Of a stretch of DNA of 34,931 bases, positions 18,504 through 27,868 are shown piece by piece. The DNA is from Candidatus Micrarchaeia archaeon (GTDB lineage Archaea > Micrarchaeota > Micrarchaeia > Micrarchaeales > Micrarchaeaceae): positions 1 to 34,931 of the forward strand of contig JBMFWY010000010.1 of the NCBI GenBank assembly GCA_049964795.1, given 5' to 3'. The position numbers and the translations under genes are program-made. The notes beneath the pieces were generated by a model, which saw only the letters and a program-made list of their open reading frames with translations, was not told the origin of the DNA and did not search any database. Numbering within the stretch: the stretch's first letter is position 1; every line of letters starts with the position of its first letter.

Positions 18504-19460
18504 TTATACTATCCTAAACACATCCCTTTTAACTTCGCTGACGTCACCGAATTCGGAAAGCATGTAAAGTATGCTTCTTACCCCTTCTTCCTCCATGCCT
18601 ATTGACTTTGCAATTTCTGCCACGCTCGTTGCTTTCTTATCCATCGCTTTTATAACTCTGCCAGTGTTCTTGTTGATGAAGCTTCTCATTACAATGTAAT
18701 ACTTTTTGTTGAATGCCCTGGTGCCTACTATTTCTCCTGACCTTATGCTGTTTTCAAGCATCTCCGAAAGGGCAGAGGCTTCTGTCTGGTTGCTTATTAC
18801 AACATAGCCGTTCTTTTCAAGCAGGTCTAGGTAGCTTTTGGGATCAAGCGATTCTGACCATTGCGATTTGTTTTCGCTCTCCACGCCTTCTTCAGCCTTT
18901 TCTTCCCTCTTTTTTGCCTCTTTTGTCTCGGCCTTTGCCTGTGGCTCTTCGCCTGCTTTTTCGTCAGCCTTGCTTTGCTGTACCGCTTTCTCACCTTGTT
19001 TTTCCCTCTTGCCAAAAAGGAACCTGTCATATATGTTCTTGGATATGCTGTATTTGTATGTCGCTTCGCCTTCCTTCTTGAAAAGGCTTACTACTTTCTT
19101 AGAAATAAGAGACTTGAGTATTTTTTGTTCCTGCGAAGACAGCAGGCTTGAAACCTTATCCTCTGTCCTGTCGGAATACCTCAGGGTGTCAAGCTTTTTG
19201 AGCACTTCTATCTCTGCTTGCTGTAGGACTATATCCGCTCCGTTGCCCGCTTTTTCCGCATTTGACTGCGCCCCATCGCCTCTTCCTATGACTTTTGCAA
19301 GTATGTCGCTCTTCTTTGCAACTATATAGCTGTTGTCCTTATATTTAAAAAATTCTATCTCATCACCGTCTTTCAGGCCTAGCTCTTTAACCACGTCGAA
19401 TGGGAGATTTACTACCAGCTTGTTGCTTAGCCTGTAGACTTTTGACAAAACCAACACCAT
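18504..19460 (-). CDS. AbrB/MazE-type DNA-binding domain protein with charged linker and C-terminal winged helix
   Basis: LVVNLPFDVVKELGLKDGDEIEF is AbrB-like; SVAEIAKSIGMEEEGVRSILYMLSEFGDV..V is wHTH-like. Confidence 0.8.
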   Translation of the reverse strand: MVLVLSKVYRLSNKLVVNLPFDVVKELGLKDGDEIEFFKYKDNSYIVAKKSDILAKVIGRGDGAQSNAEKAGNGADIVLQQAEIEVLKKLDTLRYSDRTEDKVSSLLSSQEQKILKSLISKKVVSLFKKEGEATYKYSISKNIYDRFLFGKREKQGEKAVQQSKADEKAGEEPQAKAETKEAKKREEKAEEGVESENKSQWSESLDPKSYLDLLEKNGYVVISNQTEASALSEMLENSIRSGEIVGTRAFNKKYYIVMRSFINKNTGRVIKAMDKKATSVAEIAKSIGMEEEGVRSILYMLSEFGDVSEVKRDVFRIV

Positions 19461-19491
19461 ATTTTTATATTTATACAGGAATAGTTAACTC

Positions 19492-21042
19492 ATGCAAAGT
19501 TTAAAAGAGTTTTCAATATATACAAAAAAAATCCTTAGCGTGAAAGATTCCTACGCGATCAAGGTGAATGCAAACGCCCTTGGAATCGATGACAAGATGC
19601 TCGTAGAGAATGCGGGGTTTGCAATTTCCTACGCTTTGCTGAGGAAGCACAGGAGAAAGCGCATTCTTTTTGTATGTGGAAGGGGTGGTAAGGGAGCCAT
19701 AGGACTTGCGACCGCCAGGCACCTGCTTGACGTTTCTGGGGTCAACGTATCGATAGCTTTCCTGGGAGATTCAAGTACCATAAGCAACGAAGTGTGCAAG
19801 TTCAATTACGGCGCACTTTCGAGCATAACAGAGATAAACGACATCGGCGAGGAAAATATAGATCAATTGAAGAAAATGCTCAAGTCTAGCGATGTAGTGG
19901 TCGAGGCTATCCTTGGCATAGGCATGAAGGGGAAGATATACGGCTTGCTCGCGCATGCTATAAAAATGATAAACGAATCAGGAAAATACATAATCTCTAT
20001 AGACGTGCCTGCAGGGATAGACGCCGATACGGGCACCACAAACATTGCAGGCATAAAGCCGTCCCATGTGCTGACCATACACAAGCTCAAGGCAGGCATA
20101 CAGAAAAGCAGCCTGATACAAAGCACCACTGTTGAAAAGATAGGCATACCGATATCCGCGGAAGTCCTTGCGGGCCCCGGCGATCTGCTTGTTGCAGCAG
20201 CTCCCAGACTAATAGATGCCGACAAATACAGTCATGGCAGTGTTCTGATAATCGGTGGCAGCGCAAAATACAAGAGCGCACCGCTTCTTGCCTCCGCTTC
20301 AGCAAGCAATGCAATAGCTGCGCTTCGCGTAGGCTCTGGCTACGCAACAGTCATGCTTCCAAAAGGCATCGATGTGCCAAGGGAAGGGGCATATGTGAGC
20401 ATACTCTCAAGGAATTTCAAGGGGGAAAGCCTGTCAGAGGAAGATTTGCCTGTTGTAAGCAGCATAAAGCACAACGTTACGATAATAGGCATGGGTATTG
20501 ATTTGGACGAAGTAAGCAGCAATGCAATAAACAAGATAGTAAGCTCAGAGCTCAAGGCAGGTCGAATTGTTGTGGCGGATGCGGGAGCGATAAAGGCAGT
20601 GGTAAAAAGTGGGCATCTCCTCACAAGCAATGTAATAATAACTCCACATTATGGCGAATTCAAGGAAATCTCAGGCATAGATCTCTCCCACGAAAGCCTT
20701 GGCACAAAAGTCAATGCAGCTATAAATTTTGCAAAGGACAAAGGATGCGTGCTTGTCCTGAAAGGCAATTCCACAATAATAACAGACGGCAACCTTCTTA
20801 AAATAAATAATTCAGCCACTCCCGCGCTGGCTACAATGGGCACTGGAGATGTACTTTCAGGCATAATAGGCGCTTATGCTTCGATGCACAAGGACACTTT
20901 TGAAAGCGCGGTTGCAGGAGTATACCTTCACTCAAGGATTGGAGATGTGCTTTCGCTGCAAAAAGGCAACCACGTAATTGTGACAGACATAATAGAGGCA
21001 ATACCACAGCTGCTTCGTGCTTATGATCATATCATAAGATGA
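19492..21042 (+). CDS. nnr: Bifunctional NAD(P)HX repair protein (YjeF_N epimerase-like domain plus ADP-dependent dehydratase)
   Basis: LVENAG and SIDVPAG in the N-domain; K..HGSVLIIGGS, TPHYGEF, VLKG, GTGDVLSG, AGVYLH in the C-domain. Confidence 0.9.
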   Translation: MQSLKEFSIYTKKILSVKDSYAIKVNANALGIDDKMLVENAGFAISYALLRKHRRKRILFVCGRGGKGAIGLATARHLLDVSGVNVSIAFLGDSSTISNEVCKFNYGALSSITEINDIGEENIDQLKKMLKSSDVVVEAILGIGMKGKIYGLLAHAIKMINESGKYIISIDVPAGIDADTGTTNIAGIKPSHVLTIHKLKAGIQKSSLIQSTTVEKIGIPISAEVLAGPGDLLVAAAPRLIDADKYSHGSVLIIGGSAKYKSAPLLASASASNAIAALRVGSGYATVMLPKGIDVPREGAYVSILSRNFKGESLSEEDLPVVSSIKHNVTIIGMGIDLDEVSSNAINKIVSSELKAGRIVVADAGAIKAVVKSGHLLTSNVIITPHYGEFKEISGIDLSHESLGTKVNAAINFAKDKGCVLVLKGNSTIITDGNLLKINNSATPALATMGTGDVLSGIIGAYASMHKDTFESAVAGVYLHSRIGDVLSLQKGNHVIVTDIIEAIPQLLRAYDHIIR

Positions 21043-21082
21043 ATTACAATTAATTATAGATAATAAACATCAAATCAAAGTC

Positions 21083-23032
21083 ATGCCGCATGCAAAGGTG
21101 CACAATTTGTACAGCGAAGAAAATCCATACAGGCTTTTGGTTCTTTCGCTAGCGGAGCAGCTTGCACAAGCTTCAAGTTCCCTTGGATTCAGCGTTAGCA
21201 AAGAGGAAACACTTAGAAGCATATCTCTGTCTAAGGTGGGCGGCGATCTTTCCTCCTCTTTGCCTTTCAAGCTTTCCCAATCAAATTCAGCGGAGCAATT
21301 CAAGGCCGATGAACTGGCCAAGAAAATTGCTAAAGCCATTAAGCCTGGCAAGTTAGTGAAAAGGGTAAGCTCCGAAAAGGGGTTTGTAAACTTTCACTTA
21401 GACAGAAAAAATTTTTCAATTGCTGTGCTTAACTATCTGCTTGCTCCAAGCAGTATCGAAGGCGCGGCTTCGGGCAAAGAAGTGAAAAAGGTTATAATAG
21501 AATATCCAAGCGTAAATCCAAACAAGCCATGGCATATAGGCCATTTGAGAAACGCCTTGCTTGGAAACGCTATTTCAAATACGTTCAAATATCTTGGCTA
21601 CAACGTCCTGCGCCAGGATTACATCGACGATTTGGGTATACAAGTCATGGAAAGCCTTTGGGGGTATATGAACCTTGGCAGCACTCCTGACAAAAAGTTT
21701 GACCATTGGCTAGGCGAACAGTATGTAGAGGTCAACAAAAGGCTTGAGGACAAAAGTGTCTCAGAAGCTATAAAGCTTCTTGCGCAATCCGCAGAAAAGC
21801 AAGGGACCAATGAGGCGAACATGCTTTTCGAGCTCGTGCGGAAATGCGTCGAGGCTCAGTATGAGACCGCCTTTTCCTATGGCATCTACCACGATATCAT
21901 GATCTGGGAGAGTGATATTGTGGCAAACGGCCTGCTAGGCAAGGCCCTGCGCCTGCTTGAAAGCAAAGGCGTTGTGGAAACTCCCAGCTCGGGAAAATAT
22001 GCAGGTTGCAAGGTTATAAACTTCGAAAAACTCAAAGAAGTTCCCAAGGCGTTCCAAGATCTCAAAGAAAATGCGAAGGTGCTTGTAAGGAGCGACGGCA
22101 CCGCAACGTACGTGGCAAAGGACATAGCCTTTCATATGTGGAAACTAGGCATGCTCGAAGATACCTTTAAGTATAAGAAATTTATGTTGCAGCCAAGCGG
22201 CGAAGACCTCTATACTACTACTCATGCCGCAAGCGCCGAAATGCTGCCCAACAGGTTCAACGGCGCGGATGTCGCAATAAACGTAATAGACATAAGGCAG
22301 AGCTATCCACAGGCAGTTCTCAAGCTTGCGCTTGATGCTTTGGAAAAGAGGGAGCTTTCAGAAAGGATAATACACCTGGCTTACGGCGAGGTCGAACTAG
22401 AAAACGGGGCGCTTTCAGGTAGAAAGGGTACATGGATAGGCTACAGCGCCGACGATTTGCTAAGTGAAGCAAAGAAAAAAGCCTCTTCGCTCATAACTGA
22501 AAGGTTCAACCTCACTGGAAATGAAAAGGAGAGCATAGCAAGCAGCGTTGCACGCGCTGCAATAATATTCGAATTCCTTAAAGTTTCGCCAGAGAAAAAA
22601 GTAATATTCTCATGGGAAAGAGCTCTCAATTTCGAGGGTAATTCAGGTCCTTACGTGCAATACATGCATGCGCGCGCCAGTAGGCTTCTGGAATCTGCCG
22701 GTCCGGAGGCTCTCGCATCTGCGGTGTCAAGCCTTTCAAAAGAGGAATTCAATTATAGCTTCGAGAATGAAAAAGAATTCTCGCTTATAAAGCAGATTTC
22801 AATATTTGATGGAATAGTTGAGAAAGCAAAAAATGAGCTGCGGCCAAACATACTTGTGGAGTACGCAAACGCCCTTGCACTTCTTTTCAGCGCTTTTTAC
22901 GAGTCACTTCCTGTGCTTAAGGCTGAGAATGAGGAGGAAAAAGCGGCGAGGCTGCTGGTCACGCAGTCTGCGAAACTGCAGATAGGCAAAGCTCTGCACC
23001 TATTAGGAATAGATGCAGTTGAGAAAATGTAG
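21083..23032 (+). CDS. argS: Arginine--tRNA ligase
   Basis: EYPSVNPNKPWHIGHLRN, YIDDLG.Q, RSDGTATYVAKD, LSGRKG, GPYVQYMHAR, LLGI...EKM end. Confidence 0.96.
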   Translation: MPHAKVHNLYSEENPYRLLVLSLAEQLAQASSSLGFSVSKEETLRSISLSKVGGDLSSSLPFKLSQSNSAEQFKADELAKKIAKAIKPGKLVKRVSSEKGFVNFHLDRKNFSIAVLNYLLAPSSIEGAASGKEVKKVIIEYPSVNPNKPWHIGHLRNALLGNAISNTFKYLGYNVLRQDYIDDLGIQVMESLWGYMNLGSTPDKKFDHWLGEQYVEVNKRLEDKSVSEAIKLLAQSAEKQGTNEANMLFELVRKCVEAQYETAFSYGIYHDIMIWESDIVANGLLGKALRLLESKGVVETPSSGKYAGCKVINFEKLKEVPKAFQDLKENAKVLVRSDGTATYVAKDIAFHMWKLGMLEDTFKYKKFMLQPSGEDLYTTTHAASAEMLPNRFNGADVAINVIDIRQSYPQAVLKLALDALEKRELSERIIHLAYGEVELENGALSGRKGTWIGYSADDLLSEAKKKASSLITERFNLTGNEKESIASSVARAAIIFEFLKVSPEKKVIFSWERALNFEGNSGPYVQYMHARASRLLESAGPEALASAVSSLSKEEFNYSFENEKEFSLIKQISIFDGIVEKAKNELRPNILVEYANALALLFSAFYESLPVLKAENEEEKAARLLVTQSAKLQIGKALHLLGIDAVEKM

Positions 23033-23091
23033 CTTCCCGTGCAGGCAGACAAAGATTAATATTTTATTCCGTGAAAATAAGCTTAGCTTAT

Positions 23092-23198
23092 GGGCCTGTA
23101 GCTCAGCTTGGATAGAGCGGCATCCTCCTAAGGTGAAGGTCGTGGGTTCAAAATGCGCTTCTTTTAATAGGGAAGCCGTGAAACTCCCACCAGGCCCG
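23092..23198 (+). tRNA. tRNA-Arg(CCU) with a 32-nt intron (23153-23184) at position 59/60
   Basis: Acceptor GGGCCTG/CAGGCCC, D stem GCTC/GAGC, anticodon CCT at 23127-23129, T stem GTGGG/CCCAC. Splicing restores a TTCAAAT loop. No encoded CCA. Confidence 0.95.
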
Positions 23199-23279
23199 CT
23201 GCATTTAATCTTATAAATTTTACCACACTATAGCGCATTGATTTGAAAAGCTATGTAGCTATGTTTAAAAGGTGTTGAA

Positions 23280-24350
23280 ATGGCACGCAGAAACGAACAG
23301 AAAAAACCAGAAAGCCCAAAAACTGAAAACTCCAAGAAAGAACCTGTTTTCATCGTAAGGCCTGCTTCAAACAAGTTTGGCCTTGATTATCTACATATAA
23401 CTCTTATAGTCCTGGTGCTGGTGCTTGTTGCTCTTGCCTTTTCGCTTTCCAGCTTCAAGCCCACAACAGTGGTAAAGACCTGCGCATACGGTGCAATAAA
23501 CGGGACATGCACAACTCCACAGCATAACAGCTCGGCTGCACTTAAATCTGCAGAAAAAATACTTGCAAGCTACGGCACTATAAATTCTTCGCTTTCGCTG
23601 CTTCCCTATTACTCTCTTGTTAACGAATCAAAAGTCGAATACATGCCAAACAGCAGCATGTGGCTAGTCATAATCCCTTATCTAAACCCGTTTACGAAGG
23701 AAGTGCTCAACGTGTCTATGTTGCTTTATGGCTCAAATCTCTCCCTTGCAGAGCCTTACATGCAGATGCTAAGGCCTATATCCAACACAAGCGATTATGT
23801 AATAGCGCCAGGCGTAGTAAAGATGGCCGGCCACGCTGCCTGCTCATATAATCAAAGCATGCCTATTTCTCTAGTCACCGATCCTTATGCTCCTGGGACT
23901 TTGTCAAGCATAGAAAAAGCATTGAATGAAAGCCGCAAGCTGGGCAGCAGGATAAACATGAGCTACGACTTCATATTTTCCGATTACTCAATAGGCAAGT
24001 ACAGCTCATTCGGAGTCCAGACCACGCAAGCTCTAGGCCAATACCTTTCATGTGCATCATTGCAAAGCCAGAAGTATGGCGCGTTTGTTGAAAATTTAAG
24101 CAGGATTTATACCGGAAACCCTATAAGCAATTTTACCCTTTATCAGGTTGCTACAGGCTCTGGACTTAACATGAGCTTGTTCAACACGTGCATGCAAAAC
24201 ATATCTACGAAGCTTGACTATCAGGCAAAGCTTGCCCAGTTCTACGGCATAACTTCTACCCCTGTATTCGTGCTCGACTGTGCTTACCTTTCAATTCCTG
24301 AGACACTCAATGAATCTATAGCGTATGCGCTTAACGCAACTAAGAAGTGA
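23280..24350 (+). CDS. Membrane-anchored surface protein with C-terminal DsbA/thioredoxin-like domain lacking CxxC
   Basis: Single N-terminal TM; GITSTPVFVL cis-Pro-loop pattern; LSCA...FNTC helical-insert Cys pair; 17 N-x-S/T sequons. Confidence 0.72.
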   Translation: MARRNEQKKPESPKTENSKKEPVFIVRPASNKFGLDYLHITLIVLVLVLVALAFSLSSFKPTTVVKTCAYGAINGTCTTPQHNSSAALKSAEKILASYGTINSSLSLLPYYSLVNESKVEYMPNSSMWLVIIPYLNPFTKEVLNVSMLLYGSNLSLAEPYMQMLRPISNTSDYVIAPGVVKMAGHAACSYNQSMPISLVTDPYAPGTLSSIEKALNESRKLGSRINMSYDFIFSDYSIGKYSSFGVQTTQALGQYLSCASLQSQKYGAFVENLSRIYTGNPISNFTLYQVATGSGLNMSLFNTCMQNISTKLDYQAKLAQFYGITSTPVFVLDCAYLSIPETLNESIAYALNATKK

Positions 24351-24368
24351 AAAGGGTGTTGCCAAACA

Positions 24369-24842
24369 ATGCATATAATAGCAGGGGTTGATCCTGGAGC
24401 TACAATAGGGGTATCATGCATCTCCCTAGATGGCGAGTTAGTGCTCGCAGCACACGGCTCAGGCAAAGGAATAATGTGGGTCGTGGAAACAATAAGAAGC
24501 GCGGGCACCCCCTCGCTTATAGCTTCCGACAAGCACAAGGTCGGTTCTCTGGTGAAAAAAGTAGGTGCAATTTTTAGCACAAGGGTCTTCTATCCTGAAA
24601 GGGACATAAGCCTTGAGGAGAAGAAAGAATTTGCCCGCGCCTCAAACATAAAAAATCCTCACGAGAGGGACGCTCTGGCAGCCGCAATATTTGCATTCAA
24701 CGAGTATAAGAACAAACTAAAGCAGGCTGAGCGCATAGCATTGGAAAATAATTATGAAAACGTTGACGAAATAAAGGCAAAAGTGCTTAGCAGATATTCT
24801 ATAGACGAGGCACTGCACAACAAGCGCGCTAATCGCAAATGA
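24369..24842 (+). CDS. DUF460-family protein (RNase H-like fold)
   Basis: IAGVDPG.T.G...LDGE, G.P.LIASD, NPHERDALAAA motifs. Confidence 0.85.
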   Translation: MHIIAGVDPGATIGVSCISLDGELVLAAHGSGKGIMWVVETIRSAGTPSLIASDKHKVGSLVKKVGAIFSTRVFYPERDISLEEKKEFARASNIKNPHERDALAAAIFAFNEYKNKLKQAERIALENNYENVDEIKAKVLSRYSIDEALHNKRANRK

Positions 24843-24884
24843 TTTCCTCTTATTCAATGCATATGCTAAGCTTCGCAAACAAGT

Positions 24885-25430
24885 TCAAGCGCCGTTCCTT
24901 GCAGAAAGCGGTGCACCACAAGAGCTGCAGAATTTTGCCGATGCGTCGTTTCTTGCGCCGCACTTGCTGCAATAAATATATTCTCCTGCTTCACTTTCCT
25001 CTTGCTCAGGAGCGCGCGGCTCTTCATATTCTTCGCTGTTTATTTCGGTAAGCTTCCTGTTGAGAAAGTCGGCAAGCTCCTGCGCCTCTTCCCTTTTGAG
25101 ACCGTCTATCTCGCCCTCCTCTCTACCATTTTTCAGCAGTCCCTTGTCCTTGTCATAGCCCTGCACTCTTATGAAAACTGAGCCATTGATTATGCCGTTC
25201 TCAAGCCTGACACTGGTTATCTGCTTGTAGTAAATGCTCTCATAGTCCTTTCTTATGCCTAGAGTTGCCCTATTGAGGATTATTATTCTCTTGTTGGTGC
25301 ATATTACGGTAGTAGGGGTAGTTATTGAGCCTCCAGGTCCGACTCTCCTCTGAGTCGCGGAGAATGTCACATTTTCGCCAGGTACTAATATATCCCTCAC
25401 AATTTCCACATCTTTTGGGTCTATGGGCAT
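24885..25430 (-). CDS. Bacterial-type PH domain protein with C-terminal zinc ribbon
   Basis: L.PGE.V....Q, TNKRIII, I.Y..ITSV....G PH-like pattern; CSKCG...AKFCSSCGAPL zinc ribbon. Confidence 0.85.
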   Translation of the reverse strand: MPIDPKDVEIVRDILVPGENVTFSATQRRVGPGGSITTPTTVICTNKRIIILNRATLGIRKDYESIYYKQITSVRLENGIINGSVFIRVQGYDKDKGLLKNGREEGEIDGLKREEAQELADFLNRKLTEINSEEYEEPRAPEQEESEAGEYIYCSKCGARNDASAKFCSSCGAPLSARNGA

Positions 25431-25545
25431 GACATCACTACGGCTTTAGGCTTAAGCTTGTTGCAAGCTACCCTAATAGCAATTTATATCTTGCTACAAG
25501 TAAAGCTAAATAAATTCCTGCACAAAATTAAGCTGCGAGAAAGCT

Positions 25546-25620
25546 GCTCTGATCGTCTAGCCCGGTCAAGGACGCGAGCCTCTCACGCTCGAAACCTGGG
25601 TTCAAATCCCAGTCAGAGCA
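25546..25620 (+). tRNA. tRNA-Glu(CUC), intronless
   Basis: Acceptor GCTCTGA/TCAGAGC, anticodon arm CGAGC-CTCTCAC-GCTCG (CTC at 25582-25584), T arm CTGGG-TTCAAAT-CCCAG. Confidence 0.96.
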
Positions 25621-25973
25621 TTTACGCTTTCTTAAAATAAGGCACTAAAAATTGCTTTGCCAGAGTTGCATAAAATAATATATGAAGAATGAAAAATGAA
25701 TTCAAGGCGGCGTGTGCCAGAATACCAGTTGCTCATAAACACAACATTGCTTGGCGCGCCATTGTTGCAATTGCTTGGGCAATCGTTTGCGTTGCCGTTG
25801 AGAAGCTACCGGCCTACAAGATTCTGCAGGTAACTTGCGCGTCGCCTACGTCTTCTTGGTAAAGGGCTTGGATTTTATCTGCTTTGCTTCAAAATGATTG
25901 AGACGCAAAATATTATCAGGCTAAGTATGCAGTTATTTATTTTTTGCCTGCGCTAATGAAGTGGTGCAGTGCT

Positions 25974-27761
25974 ATGCAGTTCCTTGAGCTTTCCGAGTAT
26001 TACAGCAAGCTCGAATCTATTTCTTCAAGGCTCGATATGATAGATATTCTGAAAGACGTTTTCAAAAAATCCGGAAAAGGGGAAATCGGCAAGATAATTT
26101 ACATAACGCAGGGAGTTCTTGCGCCTCCTTTTGAAGGCATAGAATTTGGACTTGCAGAAAAAATGGCCGAAGAGGCAATCTCTATAGCAACAGGCTTCAG
26201 TAAGGAAGAGGCAAATGCCCTTTACAAGAAAAAAGGCGACCTGGGCAGCGTAGCAGAAGAGCTTGTGCAGAAGTCGAGGCTAAGGCGCATGAGCGCTAAG
26301 AAGTATTCCGTAAGCGAGGTCTACGATTCGATGCTTAAGATTTCAAAGAGCTCAGGTGAAGGAAGCAAAAGCGTCAAGATAAAGCTTCTTGCAGAGATGA
26401 TAGCTTCCTCAACGCCCCTTGAAGCAAGATATCTTGTAAGGTATCCCTTGGGACAGCTTAGGATGGGTGTCGGAGATGCAACAATACTCGAGGCGCTTTC
26501 AGTAGCGTTCACAGGAGAACGCAAGCTCAAGGAGAGCCTTGAGCGCGCTTACAACATATGCAGCGATCTCGGCCTCGTAGGGGAGACGCTAATGGAAAAA
26601 GGTGAAAACGGTATCAAATCATTCAAGGTGACACTATTCAAGCCTATACGCCCTGCGCTGGCCGAAAGAATGCCTACCGCAGAACAAATACTGGAAAAGA
26701 TGCACGGCAAGGCCGCGGTAGAGCAGAAATATGACGGCTTCAGATGCCAAGTCCACAAGAGTGGCAAAAAAGTGCAGCTGTATTCGCGCAGGCTTGAAAA
26801 TATAACAAGCATGTTTCCTGACATAGTCAATGCGGCGCAAAGTGAGATAAAATCCGAGTCCGTAATTTTCGAAGGCGAAGCTTTAGGCTTCAATGAGGCA
26901 ACAAACGAGTTCATGCCTTTCCAGGAAACAATGCAAAGAAAGCGAAAGCATGGCATAGAGGAAATGGCAAGCGAAATACCTCTCCATCTTTTTGCATTCG
27001 ATCTTATGTATCTAAATGGCGAAGATTACCTGGACAAGCCCTACGAGAAGAGGCGCAAGACACTTGAGGAGGTTGTGGCAGGGTCAAAGACCATAAGGCC
27101 TTCGACACGCATAATAACAAGCTCCCCCAAGGAGCTTGACAAGTTCTTTGAAGACTCGATAGAAAAGGGGCTTGAAGGTATAGTGGCAAAGGATCTTGAA
27201 TCACGCTACATAGCAGGCGCAAGGAAATTCTCATGGATAAAGATGAAAAGAAGCTACATGGGAAAGCTTTCCGATACGCTTGATCTTGTGATAGTTGGCT
27301 ATTACCTGGGCAGGGGCTCGCGCTCTGAATTCCAGTTTGGTGGGCTACTTTGCGCAGTATACAATAAGAAGCGAGACATGTTCGAGACTGTTTCACGAAT
27401 AGGCACCGGTTTTACAGAAAAGCAGATGTCCGAGTTGAAGTCTCTGCTTGAGAAGTCCAAAGTCAAGAACAAGCCCGTGCGCGTGGACTCGCTGATAGTG
27501 CCTGACTTTTGGGTCGAGCCTAGATATATTGTAACGGTAAAGGCAGATGAGATAACCAAATCGCCTACGCATACGTGCGGAAGGGGCAGCAAGGAGAAAG
27601 GAGGGGCAGGAGAAGAGGATGTGGGCTATGCGCTGAGATTCCCGCGGGTGGTTGGTGAAGAAGCTGTAAGAAAGGACAAAAGTGTTGAAGAAGCAACCAC
27701 AACCCAAGAAGTAATTGAGATGTACAACAATCAAAAAAGAGTAAAAATTGAAGACAGCTGA
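25974..27761 (+). CDS. lig: ATP-dependent DNA ligase
   Basis: Motif I EQKYDGFR, EGE, FAFDLMY, EGIVAK, WIKMK, OB-fold DLVIVG and LRFPR. Start at ATG 25974 after GGTG. Confidence 0.96.
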   Translation: MQFLELSEYYSKLESISSRLDMIDILKDVFKKSGKGEIGKIIYITQGVLAPPFEGIEFGLAEKMAEEAISIATGFSKEEANALYKKKGDLGSVAEELVQKSRLRRMSAKKYSVSEVYDSMLKISKSSGEGSKSVKIKLLAEMIASSTPLEARYLVRYPLGQLRMGVGDATILEALSVAFTGERKLKESLERAYNICSDLGLVGETLMEKGENGIKSFKVTLFKPIRPALAERMPTAEQILEKMHGKAAVEQKYDGFRCQVHKSGKKVQLYSRRLENITSMFPDIVNAAQSEIKSESVIFEGEALGFNEATNEFMPFQETMQRKRKHGIEEMASEIPLHLFAFDLMYLNGEDYLDKPYEKRRKTLEEVVAGSKTIRPSTRIITSSPKELDKFFEDSIEKGLEGIVAKDLESRYIAGARKFSWIKMKRSYMGKLSDTLDLVIVGYYLGRGSRSEFQFGGLLCAVYNKKRDMFETVSRIGTGFTEKQMSELKSLLEKSKVKNKPVRVDSLIVPDFWVEPRYIVTVKADEITKSPTHTCGRGSKEKGGAGEEDVGYALRFPRVVGEEAVRKDKSVEEATTTQEVIEMYNNQKRVKIEDS

Positions 27762-27868
27762 AGATACTCCTTAAATCAAGGAATGCTTGGCGGAAAGCCC
27801 ACGAACTTATTTGAGGGAAGCTAAAAAGCCAATAACAATACTTTGGCTAGGCAAAAAGGTTGCGCGCT

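Noticed and set aside
25714-25728. GTGCCAG-AATACCAG resembling the 16S 515-540 region with an internal deletion
   Set aside because: Two short words needing a 10-nt gap, with no flanking rRNA similarity; likely chance.
25689-25862. 57-aa ORF (MKNEFKAAC...) and an overlapping 45-aa ORF
   Set aside because: No RBS, no recognisable motif, and the start is too close to the TATA-like box. RNA structure explains the region better, though coding is not fully excluded.
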